A stretch of DNA of 64,000 nt, from positions 96,001 through 160,000 of the forward strand of contig CAVXTP010000006.1 in assembly GCA_963764715.1 (NCBI GenBank). The letters are read 5' to 3'. A program made the translations under genes and the position numbers. The notes under the pieces were generated by a model. The model worked only from the letters and a program-made list of their open reading frames with translations, ran no database searches and was not told the origin of the DNA. This DNA comes from an uncultured Acidobacteriota bacterium. Lineage in GTDB: Bacteria; Acidobacteriota; Thermoanaerobaculia; UBA5066; Gp7-AA6. Positions within the stretch are counted from its first letter, which is position 1. Each line of letters begins with the position of its first letter. Shown here piece by piece: positions 19,855 through 32,097 of this stretch.

Positions 19855-20573
19855 TTTGCTCCTTTGACGAGAACGGCCATCCGATGGGTGCGCAGAAGAG
19901 GAATCGACTCCAGAAGCCGCGCGAGCGGCTCGAAACGCGGGGCGAGAAGGCGGGCGAGGGGCGGCGCCAGCGTGACCGTCCGGTCGGCCCCGGCGAGCGT
20001 CGGGAACAGGGCCCGAAGCTCGCCCCTCCCGATGCGCCGGACGTTCGGGTTGCGCGGGTTGTTCACGCGCAGGTCGTACCACAGAAGGGCTCCCCCGGGC
20101 GCCAGGACGCGGGCCGCCTCCGCCGCCACCGCCTGACGGAGCCCGGAATCGAGGATCGAGCTGAACATCGTCGAGGCGACGACGAGCCGGAAGGTCCCGT
20201 CGGGCCAGGGCAGGCGGGAGGCGTCCCCCGTGCGCAGGTCGGCGGCGGGAAAGGCCTCGCGCGCCCGCTCCGCCCGGGTGGCGTCGAGCTCGATCCCGTG
20301 GAGGTCCCGTTCGCGCATCCCCCAGGCGAGAAGCTCGGCGAGCCAGCCGAGCGAGCCGAACCCGATCTCGAGGCACGGATCCCCCGGGGTCGGAAAGACC
20401 CCGGCGCGCGCAAGCAGCAGGGCCGCCATCCGGGTCCGGGACGCGCGACTGAGGATCGCCGCCGGATTCCAGGGAGCGTAGAGGGCCGGGTCGACGTCCC
20501 GCTCCCTCCGACGGTACTCCGCCAGGATGCGCTGGCGTTCGGCCGCCATGCCGTCCGGTTCCCGGGCCGGCAT
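19851..20573 (-). CDS. Class I SAM-dependent methyltransferase
   Basis: LEIGFGSLG, GIELD, GDASRLPWPDGTF, RVLAPGG. ATGA-type coupling on both sides. Confidence 0.82.
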   Translation of the reverse strand: MPAREPDGMAAERQRILAEYRRRERDVDPALYAPWNPAAILSRASRTRMAALLLARAGVFPTPGDPCLEIGFGSLGWLAELLAWGMRERDLHGIELDATRAERAREAFPAADLRTGDASRLPWPDGTFRLVVASTMFSSILDSGLRQAVAAEAARVLAPGGALLWYDLRVNNPRNPNVRRIGRGELRALFPTLAGADRTVTLAPPLARLLAPRFEPLARLLESIPLLRTHRMAVLVKGAK

Positions 20574-21649
20574 CAGGTGGCGCTCCCGGCGAGAATCGTC
20601 ACGATGCGCTGGCTCGCGTGGCCGTCCCAGAAGGGGACGGGCCGGCCCTTCGGCCATCGTCCGTCGAGGATCTCCTGCACGCCCGAACGGATCTCCTCGG
20701 GGGTCATGGCGAGGCGGTTGGTGCCGTGGGTGACCGTCACGGGCCTCTCGGTGTTGCGACGGAGCGTCAGGCAGGGCACGCCGAGGGCCGTCGTTTCCTC
20801 CTGGATCCCGCCCGAGTCCGTCAGGACGAACGCCGCCTTCGCCATCAAACCGAGAAAGGCGAGATACGGGAGGGGCTCGCACAGTCGGACCTGGGTTCCC
20901 AGCGCGACCTCCGCGGCCTCGAGCCGGCCGCGCGTCCGCGGATGGACGGGGAACAGGATCGGCAGTCGCGCGGACACCGATCGGATCGAGCCCATGATCG
21001 TCGAGAGCGTCGCATCCGAGTCCACGTTGGACGGGCGGTGAAGGGTCAGCAGCGCGTACCCGCCCGGCTCGAGCCCGAGCCCGGACCAGGGAGCCCGCGA
21101 GACGGCGGCGCCGACGTGCTTGAGAAGCGTGTCCACCATGCAGTTGCCCACCAGGTGCACCCGCTCGGCCGGGATTCCCTCGCGCGCCAGGTTCTCGTTC
21201 GCGCTCGCCTCGGTCGTGAAGAGGTAGGTCGAGAGGTGGTCGGTGACCACGCGGTTGACCTCCTCGGGCATCGTTCGATCGAAGGAGCGCAGTCCCGACT
21301 CGACGTGCCCGAGGGCCACGTTCTCCTTGGCCGCCACCAGCGCCACGGCGGCCGTGGAGTTGACGTCGCCTCCGACCAGGATCACGTCCGGCCGGTTCTC
21401 GCGGCAGACGTCCTCGAACGCCGTCATGATCCGCGCCGTCTGGCGCGCATGGGTGTCGGAGCCGACGCCGAGGTCGACGTCGGGCTTCGGCATTCCGAGC
21501 TCGTCGAAGAACACGCGGGACATGTTGCCGTCGTAGTGCTGCCCGGTGTGGACGAAGAGATGGGGAATCCCCCGCCGGCGAATCTCCTCGACGACCGGCG
21601 CCATCTTCATGAAGTTGGGCCGGGCTCCGACGACGCTCAGGATCTTCAC
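20573..21649 (-). CDS. wecB: UDP-N-acetylglucosamine 2-epimerase (non-hydrolysing)
   Basis: VVGARPNFMK, HTGQHYD, HVESGLRS, MPEEVNR, LTLHRPSN, TDSGGIQEE, TERP, WDGHAS. Confidence 0.95.
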   Translation of the reverse strand: MKILSVVGARPNFMKMAPVVEEIRRRGIPHLFVHTGQHYDGNMSRVFFDELGMPKPDVDLGVGSDTHARQTARIMTAFEDVCRENRPDVILVGGDVNSTAAVALVAAKENVALGHVESGLRSFDRTMPEEVNRVVTDHLSTYLFTTEASANENLAREGIPAERVHLVGNCMVDTLLKHVGAAVSRAPWSGLGLEPGGYALLTLHRPSNVDSDATLSTIMGSIRSVSARLPILFPVHPRTRGRLEAAEVALGTQVRLCEPLPYLAFLGLMAKAAFVLTDSGGIQEETTALGVPCLTLRRNTERPVTVTHGTNRLAMTPEEIRSGVQEILDGRWPKGRPVPFWDGHASQRIVTILAGSAT

Positions 21650-22870
21650 GCCAGGGCTCCTTCGAGGTGGGTGGCGAAGCGGTCCGCGATCCCGATCCGG
21701 TCGAAATCGCGGACGGCCGCGGCCCGACCGGACCGGCCCAGCTTCGCCCGCCGCTCCGGGTTTCCGGCGAGCGCCCGGATCGCGGCCTCCAGGGCCGCGA
21801 CGTCGCCCGGAGGAACCGCGACGCCGGCCTCCGAACGGCCGACGATGTCGGCGGCTTCGCCGGCGGCGACGAGCACGATCGGCACCCCGGCGCCCATCGC
21901 CTCGTAGATCTTGGACGGCACCGCGCCCGGGATCGACATCTTCAGCGGCACGAGCGCGAGGTCCGCGGAGGCGACGAGCTCCGGCATCTCCTCGCGGGGC
22001 CGCGCGTCGAGGAACCGGACGTTGGCGAGGCCGAGCGCCTCGCACCTCGCCCTCAGCTCCTTCTTCAGCGGGCCGTCGCCGACCAGCGCAAACTCCAGGG
22101 CCGCGACGTCCCGGAGGCGCGCCGCGGCTTCGAGGATCTGCTCCAGCCCCTGGGCCATCCCGTGCAGCCCGGCGTAGAGCGCAACGCACGAGCCCGTCCG
22201 TTCCCCGGCCGTCGAAGAAGCGCGCCCGGGCCGCCGACGACCGGCGTTCCGGACGGAAGAGGTCCGTGTCGACGCCGTTCGACAGGTGATACACCGGGAC
22301 CGCGGGGAATCGGCGGCGGATGTTCTCGAGGATCTCCCGGCTCTGGCCGGTGACGAGCCAGGCCTTCCGGTAGCAGAAGGCCTCCAGCCGGCGAGCGACC
22401 TCCAGTCCCCAGCCCTCGGACACCGCGCCGAGGACGACCGCGCTCTCGGGCCAGAGGTCGGAGACGTTGAAGATCAGGCGCGCTCCGGTCCGGCGGGCCA
22501 GCAGGTATCCCGAAATCCCCAGGAACAGGGGCGGGCTTTCGGTCAGGAGATAGTCGAGCTTCGGGAGCGCGAACGTCCCGACGAGGATCGACGAAAAGAC
22601 GAACGAGAAGTACGAGGCGAGCCTCGGAACGAGACCGACGTCGGTCGTCGGGTACAGCCAGCACCGAATCACGGAGACACCCTCGCGGGTCTCCCGCCGC
22701 ACGAAGCCGCCGTAGCCCGGAAAGATGCTTCCGCGGGGATAGTTGGGCATCGCCGTGAGGACGACGACTTCGTGACCGCGGCGCGCGAACTGCTCCGCCA
22801 GATGCGAGAGCCGCGCCTGCGGCGCGCCCATCTCCGGCGGGTAGTACTGCGTCAGGATGCCGATCTTCAT
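21646..22870 (-). CDS. Glycosyltransferase family 4 (WbuB-like); frameshift near 22185
   Basis: TQYYPPEMGA, MPNYP, SDLWPE, NGVD, PSKIYEAMGAG. Confidence 0.9.
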
Positions 22871-22899
22871 GGACGGCCCAGAGAGCTCGCTTCCACGGG

Positions 22900-24319
22900 A
22901 GCTGCCGCTCACGGGGCGTCGCTCCGGGCGGTCGCGCAGCAAGCAGACCTGGACCAGGAACTTGCCGGCCGGCGTGCGCGGGATCGAATCCACCGATCTC
23001 GACGACGACTTCGACGCGCTGGCCGAGGCGGATCGTGCACGCCCCGGACAAGGTCGTCCCGGTGCTCGTCCTCCGAACCCCGGCGCCGGCACGACTTTGA
23101 TTCGAAAGCGCAGCAGGCTCTCCTGGATGATCTGCGCCTCGCGCATCGGCAGCCCGGCGTGAAGGATCGTGTCGAGCCCCCCGACGGGCACGCCGTCAGG
23201 CGTCAGCATCAGGTCGGCCGTCCGGCCGTCGAAGGCGCGAACCACCGGAAGGCCGCGCCCGCACGCGCAGCGATGGCCGCTCTCCGCGACGCGTCGACCG
23301 GTCGCCGACCTCGTAGCGGATCAGCGGCATCGTCGGGTTGAGAAACGCCGTGCAGATCATGCGGCCGGCTCGGCCCGGCTCGACGGGCTCGTCCGCGTCG
23401 TCGCGCATCCACTCCGTCAGGCCGACTTCCGGCCAGAGGTGCATCGCTCCCTCGGCGCACTCGCTCGCGCCGCAGACGATCTCGGCCTGACCGTACGTGT
23501 CGCGGACCGGGCACTGGAACACGGACGCGATCGCCTCGCGCTGAAACTTGTAGAACGCCTCGGCGTTGCTGATGACGACGCTCATCGCGGGCGCCTCGGC
23601 GCCGCTCTCCTTCGCCGCGGCGGCCAGCGCGTACAGCGCCGACGCATAGCCGAAGACGTAGCGGATCCGGCGGCGCCGCATCGCCTCAAGGTACGCCGCG
23701 GCGGTGTCGGCCTTGATGTGGTAGGTCGACATGTAGAGCTGGTGCATCCCGCCGTTCCAGACCCAGAAGGGAGGCTGCCGCCGCCCGATCGGCGTGACGC
23801 GCTGCCCGCCGAGGTGGGCCCAGCGGTCGCCGAGGCTCACGCCGTTCCAGCGTCGGATCCGGGCCTCGAAGAGGGCGTACCAGTCCACGAGGGTCGAGCG
23901 CGGTTGCCAGAGCCGGAGCGGAGTGCCGGTCGTGCCGCTCGTCTCGCGTTTCGTATCCCTCGTTCGGAGCCCTCCGCCAGGAACGACCGGGGATCGTCGC
24001 GCAGCGTCTGCTTCGAAAGGATCGGCCAGTTGGCCAGCACCTCCCACGACGACCGGTCGCCGTCGCGGCGCCGGCGGGCCCACTGTTCCCGGTAATACGG
24101 AACGCGCGTGGCCGCGTGGTGCAGCGTGCGGGCGAGGCGGTCCTCCTGCCAGGGTTTCCAGCGCGCCGCGTCCCAGGAGTCGCGCTCGAGGGCCTCGCTC
24201 ACGAGAATCTCGGTCTCGGGACCGTACCGGCGGGACTGGAGCTGGTACCCGCGGGCGCTCGCCGCGAGCGACTGCACGGGCGCCGGCAGGCGGCGGTAGA
24301 GCTCCGCCGTCATGCTCAT
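22900..24319 (-). CDS. Phenylacetate-CoA ligase-like adenylate-forming protein (CapK type); frameshifted, 3' end approximate
   Basis: VPYYR, TSGTTGTPL, DTYGQAE, MPLIRYEVGD, DGR..D, IPRTPAGKF, in several frames. Confidence 0.85.
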
Positions 24320-25386
24320 CGGTGCGCCCCGTTCACCGCGGCCGCCCGGAGAAGGTTCTCCCACTGCGGCAGGACGACCGACCAATCCATCTTTTCCGCC
24401 TTGCGCCGGCCGCTCTCCGACAATCGGCCGGCCAGCCCCGGCTCGGCGAGCACCCGACGGACGGCCGCGGCCATCGCCTCGGGGTCGTCCGGCGGCACGA
24501 GCAGCCCTTCTTCGCCGTCCCGGAGAAGATCCGGCATGCCTCCGACGTTCGTGCTCACGACGCAAAGCCCGCAGGCCAGCGCCTCGAGCACGGTGACCGG
24601 CGTATTGTCGACGTTCGGCGTGTTGAGCAGGATGTCGGCCTGCGAGAGCCACTCGCCCACCGCCGCCTTCGGGATCTGGTCCACGAACCGGACCTGGTCC
24701 ATGAGCCCGAGCTCCGCGGCCGTCGCCCGGGCCGCGGCGAGGGTCCCGTCTCCCCGGTCGGGGCCGATCATCGTCAGCGTGGCGGCCGGATAGTCCCTTC
24801 GCAGGAGCGCGAGAACACGCGGCGCCAGGGTCGGGTTGTAGGTGTCGTGAAACGCCCTCAGCCAGATCAGCCGCGGCTCCGCCCGGTCCCGGCGCCGGAA
24901 CGGATAAGCGGCCAGGTTCAGCGGGTTCGGCAGCACGAAGAGGTCCGGGCGGTAGGCACGCATCTCCCGGTGCAGGAACTCCGAGGGAACCGTGACCGCG
25001 CGGGCGCCGGCGAGGACCCGGCGGACGGGGCCGGACCACCGGGCGGCGAACTCGGGAAGCGATCCTCCGCGGAGCGTCAGCAGGTAAGGCTTTCGGAACG
25101 AGCGCAGCAGAAAAACGACCGCCGCCGCCCACAGGAAGGCCTCGCCGCTGAAGACGTCGACGTGGACGACCTCGTCCCGGCGCCTTCCCTCGAGCACCGC
25201 CCGGGTCATCTCCAGCATCCGCGGAGCCTTCGCGTGCTTCGAGGACGCCGCCCGGACGCTCCACCCCGCCTGTCGCAGCCGCTCGACGAGGTCTTCGCAG
25301 ACCCCGCGGCTCGCGCCCGCCGCGGAGAGGAAGTTCCCGATGAACAGGAGGTCCGGCTTCCGCAGTTCCTCGACCCGCGCAGCCAA
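24316..25386 (-). CDS. Glycosyltransferase family 4
   Basis: DNTPVTVLEALACGLCVVSTNVGG. GGAGG SD before the TTG start at 25386. Confidence 0.9.
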   Translation of the reverse strand: MAARVEELRKPDLLFIGNFLSAAGASRGVCEDLVERLRQAGWSVRAASSKHAKAPRMLEMTRAVLEGRRRDEVVHVDVFSGEAFLWAAAVVFLLRSFRKPYLLTLRGGSLPEFAARWSGPVRRVLAGARAVTVPSEFLHREMRAYRPDLFVLPNPLNLAAYPFRRRDRAEPRLIWLRAFHDTYNPTLAPRVLALLRRDYPAATLTMIGPDRGDGTLAAARATAAELGLMDQVRFVDQIPKAAVGEWLSQADILLNTPNVDNTPVTVLEALACGLCVVSTNVGGMPDLLRDGEEGLLVPPDDPEAMAAAVRRVLAEPGLAGRLSESGRRKAEKMDWSVVLPQWENLLRAAAVNGAHR

Positions 25387-25388
25387 TC

Positions 25389-26798
25389 TCAGGCCTCCCT
25401 GGCCAGTCGCGGAGCGACGCGGTCGCGGACGGACGCCGCCGCGACCCGTCGCCGCGGAAGCAGGAGCAACGTTCCCGAGATTCCGAACGCAAAGGACACC
25501 GACGCCAGCCGCATGCCGTCCACGGCCATGCTCAGGAGACTGTAGACGAGCATGCCCGCGGCCAGCGCCTTGTCCAGTCGGGTGGGAGCCCTTCGAATGT
25601 TGCGCAGCACCATCACGCCGAGAAGCACGAGCGACGCCAGACCGAGGATCCCGTGCTCCGCGAGGAGGCGTGTGTACTCCGTGTGCGCCGTCGCCACGTG
25701 GAAGTACTTGAGACGGTTCTTTCCTCCCATCCCGGGCCCGGCGCCGAGCACCGGGTTCTCGGACCAGGTCTTCAGGTCGCCCTTGATGAGGAGGTCGCGT
25801 CCCGTACTGTCGGTGTTTCCGAAGCGCGCCCCGATGGCGCCTCCGGTCAGCGCCTCGAGGCGCGGCCATACGACGAAGAACAGAAGCGGCAAGACGACGG
25901 CCGCGGCCCCGAGGAGCCTCCATCGGGAGCGCCGGTCGCGGGCCAGGTAGAACGCCGCCGCGAGAATCCCGCCGGCCGCCATGTACAGCCCGCCCCGGGA
26001 GAAGGTGATGGCACACTGGCGAAAAAGGTAGATGGTCAGCAAGCCTAGCCCGGCGGTCGCCACCCTGTTCCCGGTCCCGATCAGCATCCAGAAGACCGCC
26101 GCGAGAATCCCGAGGCCCAGGATTGCCGAGACCTGGTTCGGGCCGAAGCCGCCGCTCGTGATCGCGTTGGATGCGTTCGCGAACTCTTCGGGCTGGAACT
26201 TGTTGAACGTCATTGTCGAAACGGTCGCGATCGACACGATTGGCGCGATCAGGAAAGCGTAGACCCACCTCAGCTCGCGCTTGCTGAGCCGAAGCGTGGA
26301 GAAGAACATCACGCTCGCCGCGAGCGCGAGCGGCCCGGACAGATTGAAGCTGAGTTGGCCGCGTGCCTCCTCAGCGTTCAGGCGAAGTACCGTAAGGATG
26401 GCCGAAGGCAGCAGGAGCAGGAAGTAGACCGCGGGAACCCAGGACCGTCGCGCCTGCCAGGTCCGGACGATGGCGATGACGAGCACCAGAACCAGGGCGT
26501 ACTTGGCGAACTCCCATGGAACCTTCGCCTTCCGCATCCGCCAGAACACTTCGGCGCCCGTGATGTAGGCGGCGGCCGCGGCGACACGCTCCCAGTGCGA
26601 CGACGTCAGGGCGAGGACGACGCCGCACGCGAGGGCGAGGAGCGCGTGGCCAGTGGCCAGATTCGAATTCTTCGGGATCAGCAGCGCCACCGGCACGTGG
26701 GCCGCCAGCAGAAGAAACTGCCAGGGCCAATCCGGCCGCGGCGCGGCCGGCATCGCGGCGACCGACGCGACGGGCGGCGCGATCGCCCGCGGTCTCAC
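25389..26798 (-). CDS. O-antigen ligase / Wzy polymerase family membrane protein
   Basis: About 11-12 hydrophobic helices, GPNQ, TFSRGG, STGR, PVLGAGPG, AHTEYTRLLAEHGILG. Confidence 0.85.
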   Translation of the reverse strand: MRPRAIAPPVASVAAMPAAPRPDWPWQFLLLAAHVPVALLIPKNSNLATGHALLALACGVVLALTSSHWERVAAAAAYITGAEVFWRMRKAKVPWEFAKYALVLVLVIAIVRTWQARRSWVPAVYFLLLLPSAILTVLRLNAEEARGQLSFNLSGPLALAASVMFFSTLRLSKRELRWVYAFLIAPIVSIATVSTMTFNKFQPEEFANASNAITSGGFGPNQVSAILGLGILAAVFWMLIGTGNRVATAGLGLLTIYLFRQCAITFSRGGLYMAAGGILAAAFYLARDRRSRWRLLGAAAVVLPLLFFVVWPRLEALTGGAIGARFGNTDSTGRDLLIKGDLKTWSENPVLGAGPGMGGKNRLKYFHVATAHTEYTRLLAEHGILGLASLVLLGVMVLRNIRRAPTRLDKALAAGMLVYSLLSMAVDGMRLASVSFAFGISGTLLLLPRRRVAAASVRDRVAPRLAREA

Positions 26799-27938
26799 GC
26801 CGCCTCCAGGTCGAGGATCCGGCGAACCGCGCCGAGATAGCTGGAGTAGGTGAAACCCGCGGCCGCCGACATCGCTCGCGAAGCGTCCCGCTCCCAGCCC
26901 CGCGGATCCTGCACGTAGGCCGCGATCGCGTCGACGAAGGCCTCGCGGTCGTGGGGGTCGAGGGCCTTCCCCGCACCGAAGGCCTCCAGGTACTGGGGAA
27001 TGCTGCTGACCGCGCCCGCCAGCGGCACGACGCCGTAGGCCATCCCCTCGCTCAGGACCTTCGGCCATCCCTCGCTCGACGTGGACGGAAACAGCAGGAT
27101 GTGGGCCGAGGCGTAGAGGTCGTTCAAGGCCGGCCGCGGCACCCAGCCGAGCATGCGCACCCGTCCTTCGAGGCCCCCGGAAGCGATCCGCGCCTTCAGT
27201 GCCTCGCGGTCCGGCCCGTCCCCCACGAGGTCGAGCCGCGCGTCGATGCCGCGCCGCGAGAGGCCGTCGGTGATGTCGACCGCGCGGCCGCAGCCCTTCG
27301 CGTCCTCGATCCGGCCAACGAAGAGCAGGCGCAAGGGCGACGACAGCCGCTTCGCGGAGCCGACGATCGCTCCGTCGCGGAGCTCTTCCTCCGTCAGGCA
27401 GGGATTCAGGAAGGGACGCACGTGCCCCGGCTGATCCGGCCACTGACCGTTCACCGTGACCACCGCGCGCGCCACGCCGCGCGCGAGCAGCCAGCGCTGG
27501 AGTGCGTAGGAGACGAAGTCTCCCCCGCTCGGCCGCCAGTTGCCGGCGTACTTGATCCAGCGCCTTCGCGGCTCGCGCACGACGGCGAGCAAGAGGATCG
27601 CGAGGAGGCCGATGTTCGCGGGGCAGCGCACGTGCACGACGTCGCAGCGGCGCAGCTCGCGCCGGAGGACGCGCACGTACTCCGCCCAGACGCCGAGCAC
27701 CCCGAGCTTGGCTCCGAACGATTCGCCGCCCGCCGGCCGAACCGGCACGAATCGAACGTTGGTCGCCTCGTAGGGCAAGCGCGCTCGCCGGCGCCGGGCC
27801 GTCGTAGAGAGGCGCGACGTGGGTCAGCTCGGTGAAGAGGCCGGCCAGGCGGCTCAGCTCGCGGACGGTGGGGCCCCAGCCCACGATTCGATCGCCGACC
27901 CGGTGGTGCGCGGTGTGCGAGATGACGAGGAGCTTCAT
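26795..27938 (-). CDS. Glycosyltransferase family 4; frameshift near 27780
   Basis: LLFVGRIEDAKG, SEGWPKVLSEGMAYG. Confidence 0.88.
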
Positions 27939-27948
27939 GAGGTCGTGC

Positions 27949-29152
27949 TCACAGGGCCGCCCGGCGGGCGACGGCGGAGGCGGCGTCGACGGAACCGGCG
28001 ACTCCGGCGACGCTCCGCAACGCCTCGTCGTACCGTGCCGCGCACCGCTCCCAGGTCTGCTCGGCGCTCGCCCGGCGACGGGCGCGCTCCCCCATCGCCC
28101 GGCGCTCCGCTTCGTTCTCGAGGAGAGAGAGAATCGCACCGGCCGTGGCCGGGGCATCCTCGGCCGGGACCACGAGGCCCGTCTCCCCGTCACGTACGGC
28201 CTCGGCGAGGCCCGAGCCGCCCGAGACGACCGAGGGCAAGCCGCAGAGCGCCGCCTCGACCGCGGCGATCCCGTAGCCTTCGACGTCCCCGTCCGCGGTC
28301 CGGCGGCTCGTCATCACGAAGACGTCCGCCGCGTTCAGCAGGCGGACGAGACGATCCGCCTCGACGCGGCCGAGCAGCCGAACGTGATCCTTCACGCCGA
28401 GGCTTTCGGCCAGCTCCTCGAGCTCCCGCCCGCGGGTCGGAAGCCCGGCCACCAGATAGTGTGTGTTCGGTTGGCGCCGAAGAATCTCGGGGAGGGCGCG
28501 CACGACGATGTCGTGGCCTTTTCGCTCGGTCACGTTGCCCACGCTGAGGAGGATCCGGGCCCCTTCGAGCCCGAGCGCTCGCGCGCTCGGACAGCGCTTC
28601 GTCGGGCGGCAGCCGGAGAAAGCGCTCGTGATCGGCGCCGTTGGGAATCACCCACTCGTGCCGTGGCCGGATGCCGGCCTCGTGCATCCGGACTCGCGTG
28701 AACTCGCTGACGCAGACGACGCCGGTCGCGCGGCGGAATGCCCAGCGCACGGCATGCGCCTCCCAGCCCGCGCCGACATCCGAACTCCGTTCCGTGCCCG
28801 ACCGCGATCCAGGGAAGATCGCGGCCGGTGGAACGGGCCGGCCGTCAGAATCACGGACCGGCTGCCGGAGGCGAGAATCGCCGTCGGCCGGTGCCGGCGA
28901 AGCCAGCGGGAGAGCTCGATCGGACCGATACAGGGCCTCGATCGGCGGCCCGGAGATGCGGCGGAACCGCACCACGGGGAACGGCTGCGATGCATTGAAC
29001 TGGCCGATCTCCGACTCCGAGGCGTAGTCCTGCGAGGTCAAGACCACGACCTCCCACCCGCGTCGCGCGAGCGCGACCGAAAGCCGGTGGGCATGCGTGC
29101 CGATCCCTCCGGGACCGGGCGGGAACTCGCTCGACACGACCAGCAGGCGCAT
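27949..29152 (-). CDS. Glycosyltransferase family 4 (PimB-like); several frameshifts
   Basis: SEFPPGPGGIG, VIPNG, GNVTERKG, EGYGIAAVEAALCG. Confidence 0.85.
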
Positions 29153-30816
29153 CAGACAGCCTCGACGGCCCGGCCATCCGGAAGAGGTCGCGGGATCTGC
29201 GGGAAATCCTTGAGCATCGCATCGGCCAGCCGGGTCCGGCGGCGCATCGTCCAGATGCTGTGAGGGAGGAGAAGCAGAGCCGCGGCGACTTTGGCGGCCT
29301 TCTTCCAGCGATCCGCCCCGAACGCTGAACGTTCCGAGAGCCGAAAGCCACAGCATCTCCCGGACCTGCCGGTCGGAGAAGTAGCGCCGCGCGAGATAGA
29401 TCTCGGTCGTGGAGAGCAGGTGTCGGTGCCACAGCCTCTTCCGGCTGCTCGCATACGTGATCACGCGGGCCCCGTGAGTCCGCAGCCCGCCGCTCGGCGC
29501 GTGGCGATGGAGGACGCGGTTGTCGGCGTGAAGGATCATGAGGTTGCCGGCGAGGTAGAGGCGCATGCCGAGGTCGGCGTCCGCGCGGGCGCCCCGGTCG
29601 TACGCGAGATCGAAGAGCCCCGAGCCGGAAAGAATGCTCTTGCGGATGAGCGAGTTGTTCGTCGGGAAGACGTCGCTGACGCGGGTCAGGCGGAACGCCT
29701 CGGGGATCGGGCCCGCCCCGTCCTCTTCGGCGACGCCGCAGGACACGTCGTTGCGGAACTGTTCGAGCGCCGCGAGATGCCTCGCGACGAGATCCGGCGG
29801 AACCTCGTCGTCGTCGTCGAGGAACAGCAGGAAGTCGCCGACGGAGGCCTGGATGCCGGCGTTGCGCGAGGAGCACTGGCCGGCCCGGTCGAGCTCGAGA
29901 AGACGGATGGGAAGCTCCGGAAACTTCGCGGCCAGGTCCTTGCGGCGGCGGTCGAGAGGCGTCTGGTCGACGATGACGATCTCGAGCGGCGGGACGGTCT
30001 GGCTCCCGAAGCTGGGAGAGCAGCTTCTCGAGGTACGGATAGCGGTCGACGGTCGGAATGAGGATCGTGACCGCGCCCCGCGGTTTCTCCGGAGGCCGCG
30101 AGTCCCGGCCGCCGCGTCTCGGAAGTTCGCCGGCGCGGGCGGCGGCGGGGAGCTTCGTCACCCGACCGAAGCGTGCCGAGACCGGGTCCCGGGGCCGTCC
30201 GGCCCGTCAGGACCATGCGGAGACAGGCCCAGCGGACCCAGCGCCGCCCGAATCGATAGTAGAGGAATCGCAGCTCGTCCTCGAGCGGAACGTCCGGGAC
30301 GTTCCGCCGCGCCGTGGCCGCTCCGGCGAGCCACCCGAGGTGGCGCATCAGTACGCCCGCGCGCACGCAGCGGTGGCCGAATTCGAGCGCCGCGCCGGTG
30401 AGCGTCCGAAACTCGGGCCGCACGCTTCCCATCCGGCGCAGGACCTCGGTCCGAACGAGGCAGGCGTCGAACGACAGCCGCCACGAAGTGGCTTCGATCG
30501 AGACATCGGGATCCCGGTTCAGCATCCACGTCGGAGCGACGTGGTCGATGGCGCGCGGAAGCCCGCCCATGCCGAGCCGCAGGCCGGCGTGCCAGAGGTC
30601 GCCGGGGCGGTCCAGGGCCTCCATCACGCGAGCGGCGTCGGGTGCGCCGAGGTCGGCCGACCAGAAGAGCCACGCCGCCGCCCCCGACCCGGGGAGCTCC
30701 CGGGCGACGCACTTTGCGATCGAGTCCGGCGTCGCCTCGGCGCGCAGGGTCGGACCGGGGGACCACCGGGGCGGCTCACCTCCCCCGATCCAGACGAGCG
30801 CGACTTCCTGGCTCAC
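29152..30816 (-). CDS. Two-domain glycosyltransferase family 2; several frameshifts
   Basis: ILIPTVDRYPYL, IVDQ, FLLFLDDD, GLFD...DADLGMRL, plus an N-terminal degenerate GT-like region. Confidence 0.75.
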
Positions 30817-32097
30817 GATCGAGCCCCTCCCGCGGCGGCCACCGGCTCCGCGACGCTCTCCGCCTGGGACGCGGCGGGTTTCTCGAGAACCTGCTCGAAG
30901 AATCTCTCGAACCGATTCAGCTGGTCCACGAGCCTGAACTTCTCCAGGACCCGGCGCCGGCCCGCCTTGCCCATCCGTTCGCGGAGCGCGGGATCGCGCC
31001 AGAGAACCTCGAGCTTTTCGGCGAGCGCGGCGGGATTGCGGCGCGGGACGACGAAGCCCGTTTCGCCGTCGGCTACGTTCTCGGGCAGTCCGTCGGCATC
31101 CGTGCAGACGACCGGCAGCTCCATCGACTGCGCCTCCATCGCGGCGTTGCAGAATCCCTCGGAGACCGCGGCATGGAGCAGGACGTCCGCAGCTCTGCAT
31201 CTCGCGGCGGACGTCTTCGCGCGAACCTGCCCCCAGAAGCTCCACGACTCTCTCCAGCCCCAGCTCATGGCGCGCAAACGCCACGGCTCCCAGGTACTCG
31301 CCGTCGCCCACGATCCGGTACTCGCACGGAACGCCCCGGTCGACGAGACGGCGAATCGCGAGCAGCGCGTCTTCATACCCCTTCTTCCATTCGAGGCGAC
31401 CGACGCTCAGGATCCGGAACGGCCGGCCGGGATCGGCGGCGGCCCGCGCCTCCGGCCGGAAGAACTCGTGATCGATCGCCGGCGGGATGAGCGCATGGAA
31501 TCGGTCGGGAGGGCATCCCCGCCGGCGGGCCCGGCGCCACAGGTCCTCGCCCAGGAAATGGAGGCCCGCCGCCTGCGACCAGACGGGCTCGAAGTGGTAC
31601 GGCTGATCGAGCCCGACGTAATTCACGTCGTAGCCGCGAAAGCTCACGGTGATGCGACAGCCCAGCAGCTCGCGAAGGTACATGCGGCCGGTCGCCAGCG
31701 AACCGAACTCGAAATGCAGAATGTCGGGGCCGAGCCGGACGAGATCGGCGTCGAGGTAGAGCCGGGCGATCGCTCCGAGCAACCCGAATCGCGGAATGGC
31801 GCGGCGGAGGTAACGCAGCGTGCGGCGGGGCGCCACCTCGAGGGTCCGGAGCAGGCTCACCGGCGCGAGCAGCACGGCCTTCCAGCGGGGCTCCTTCGGC
31901 CAGGCGACGTGAATGCGCTCCATCGCGCCGGCAGCTTCCGTGAGGTGCGGGAACAGCGCCCGGTGTTTCTCCTCGCTCCGGCCGCAGACGACGTGCACGT
32001 CCCACCCGCGTTCGAGCAGGCCGAGGAACTTGCTGACGATGAACGTCTCCGAAACCTGCGGAAACGCCGACACGACGAGCGCTACGCGGCCGGGCAC
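30813..32097 (-). CDS. Glycosyltransferase family 4 (WcaL-like); frameshift near 31195
   Basis: FPQVSETFI, SFRGYD, SVGRLEWKKG, SEGFCNAAMEAQSMELPVV. Confidence 0.88.
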
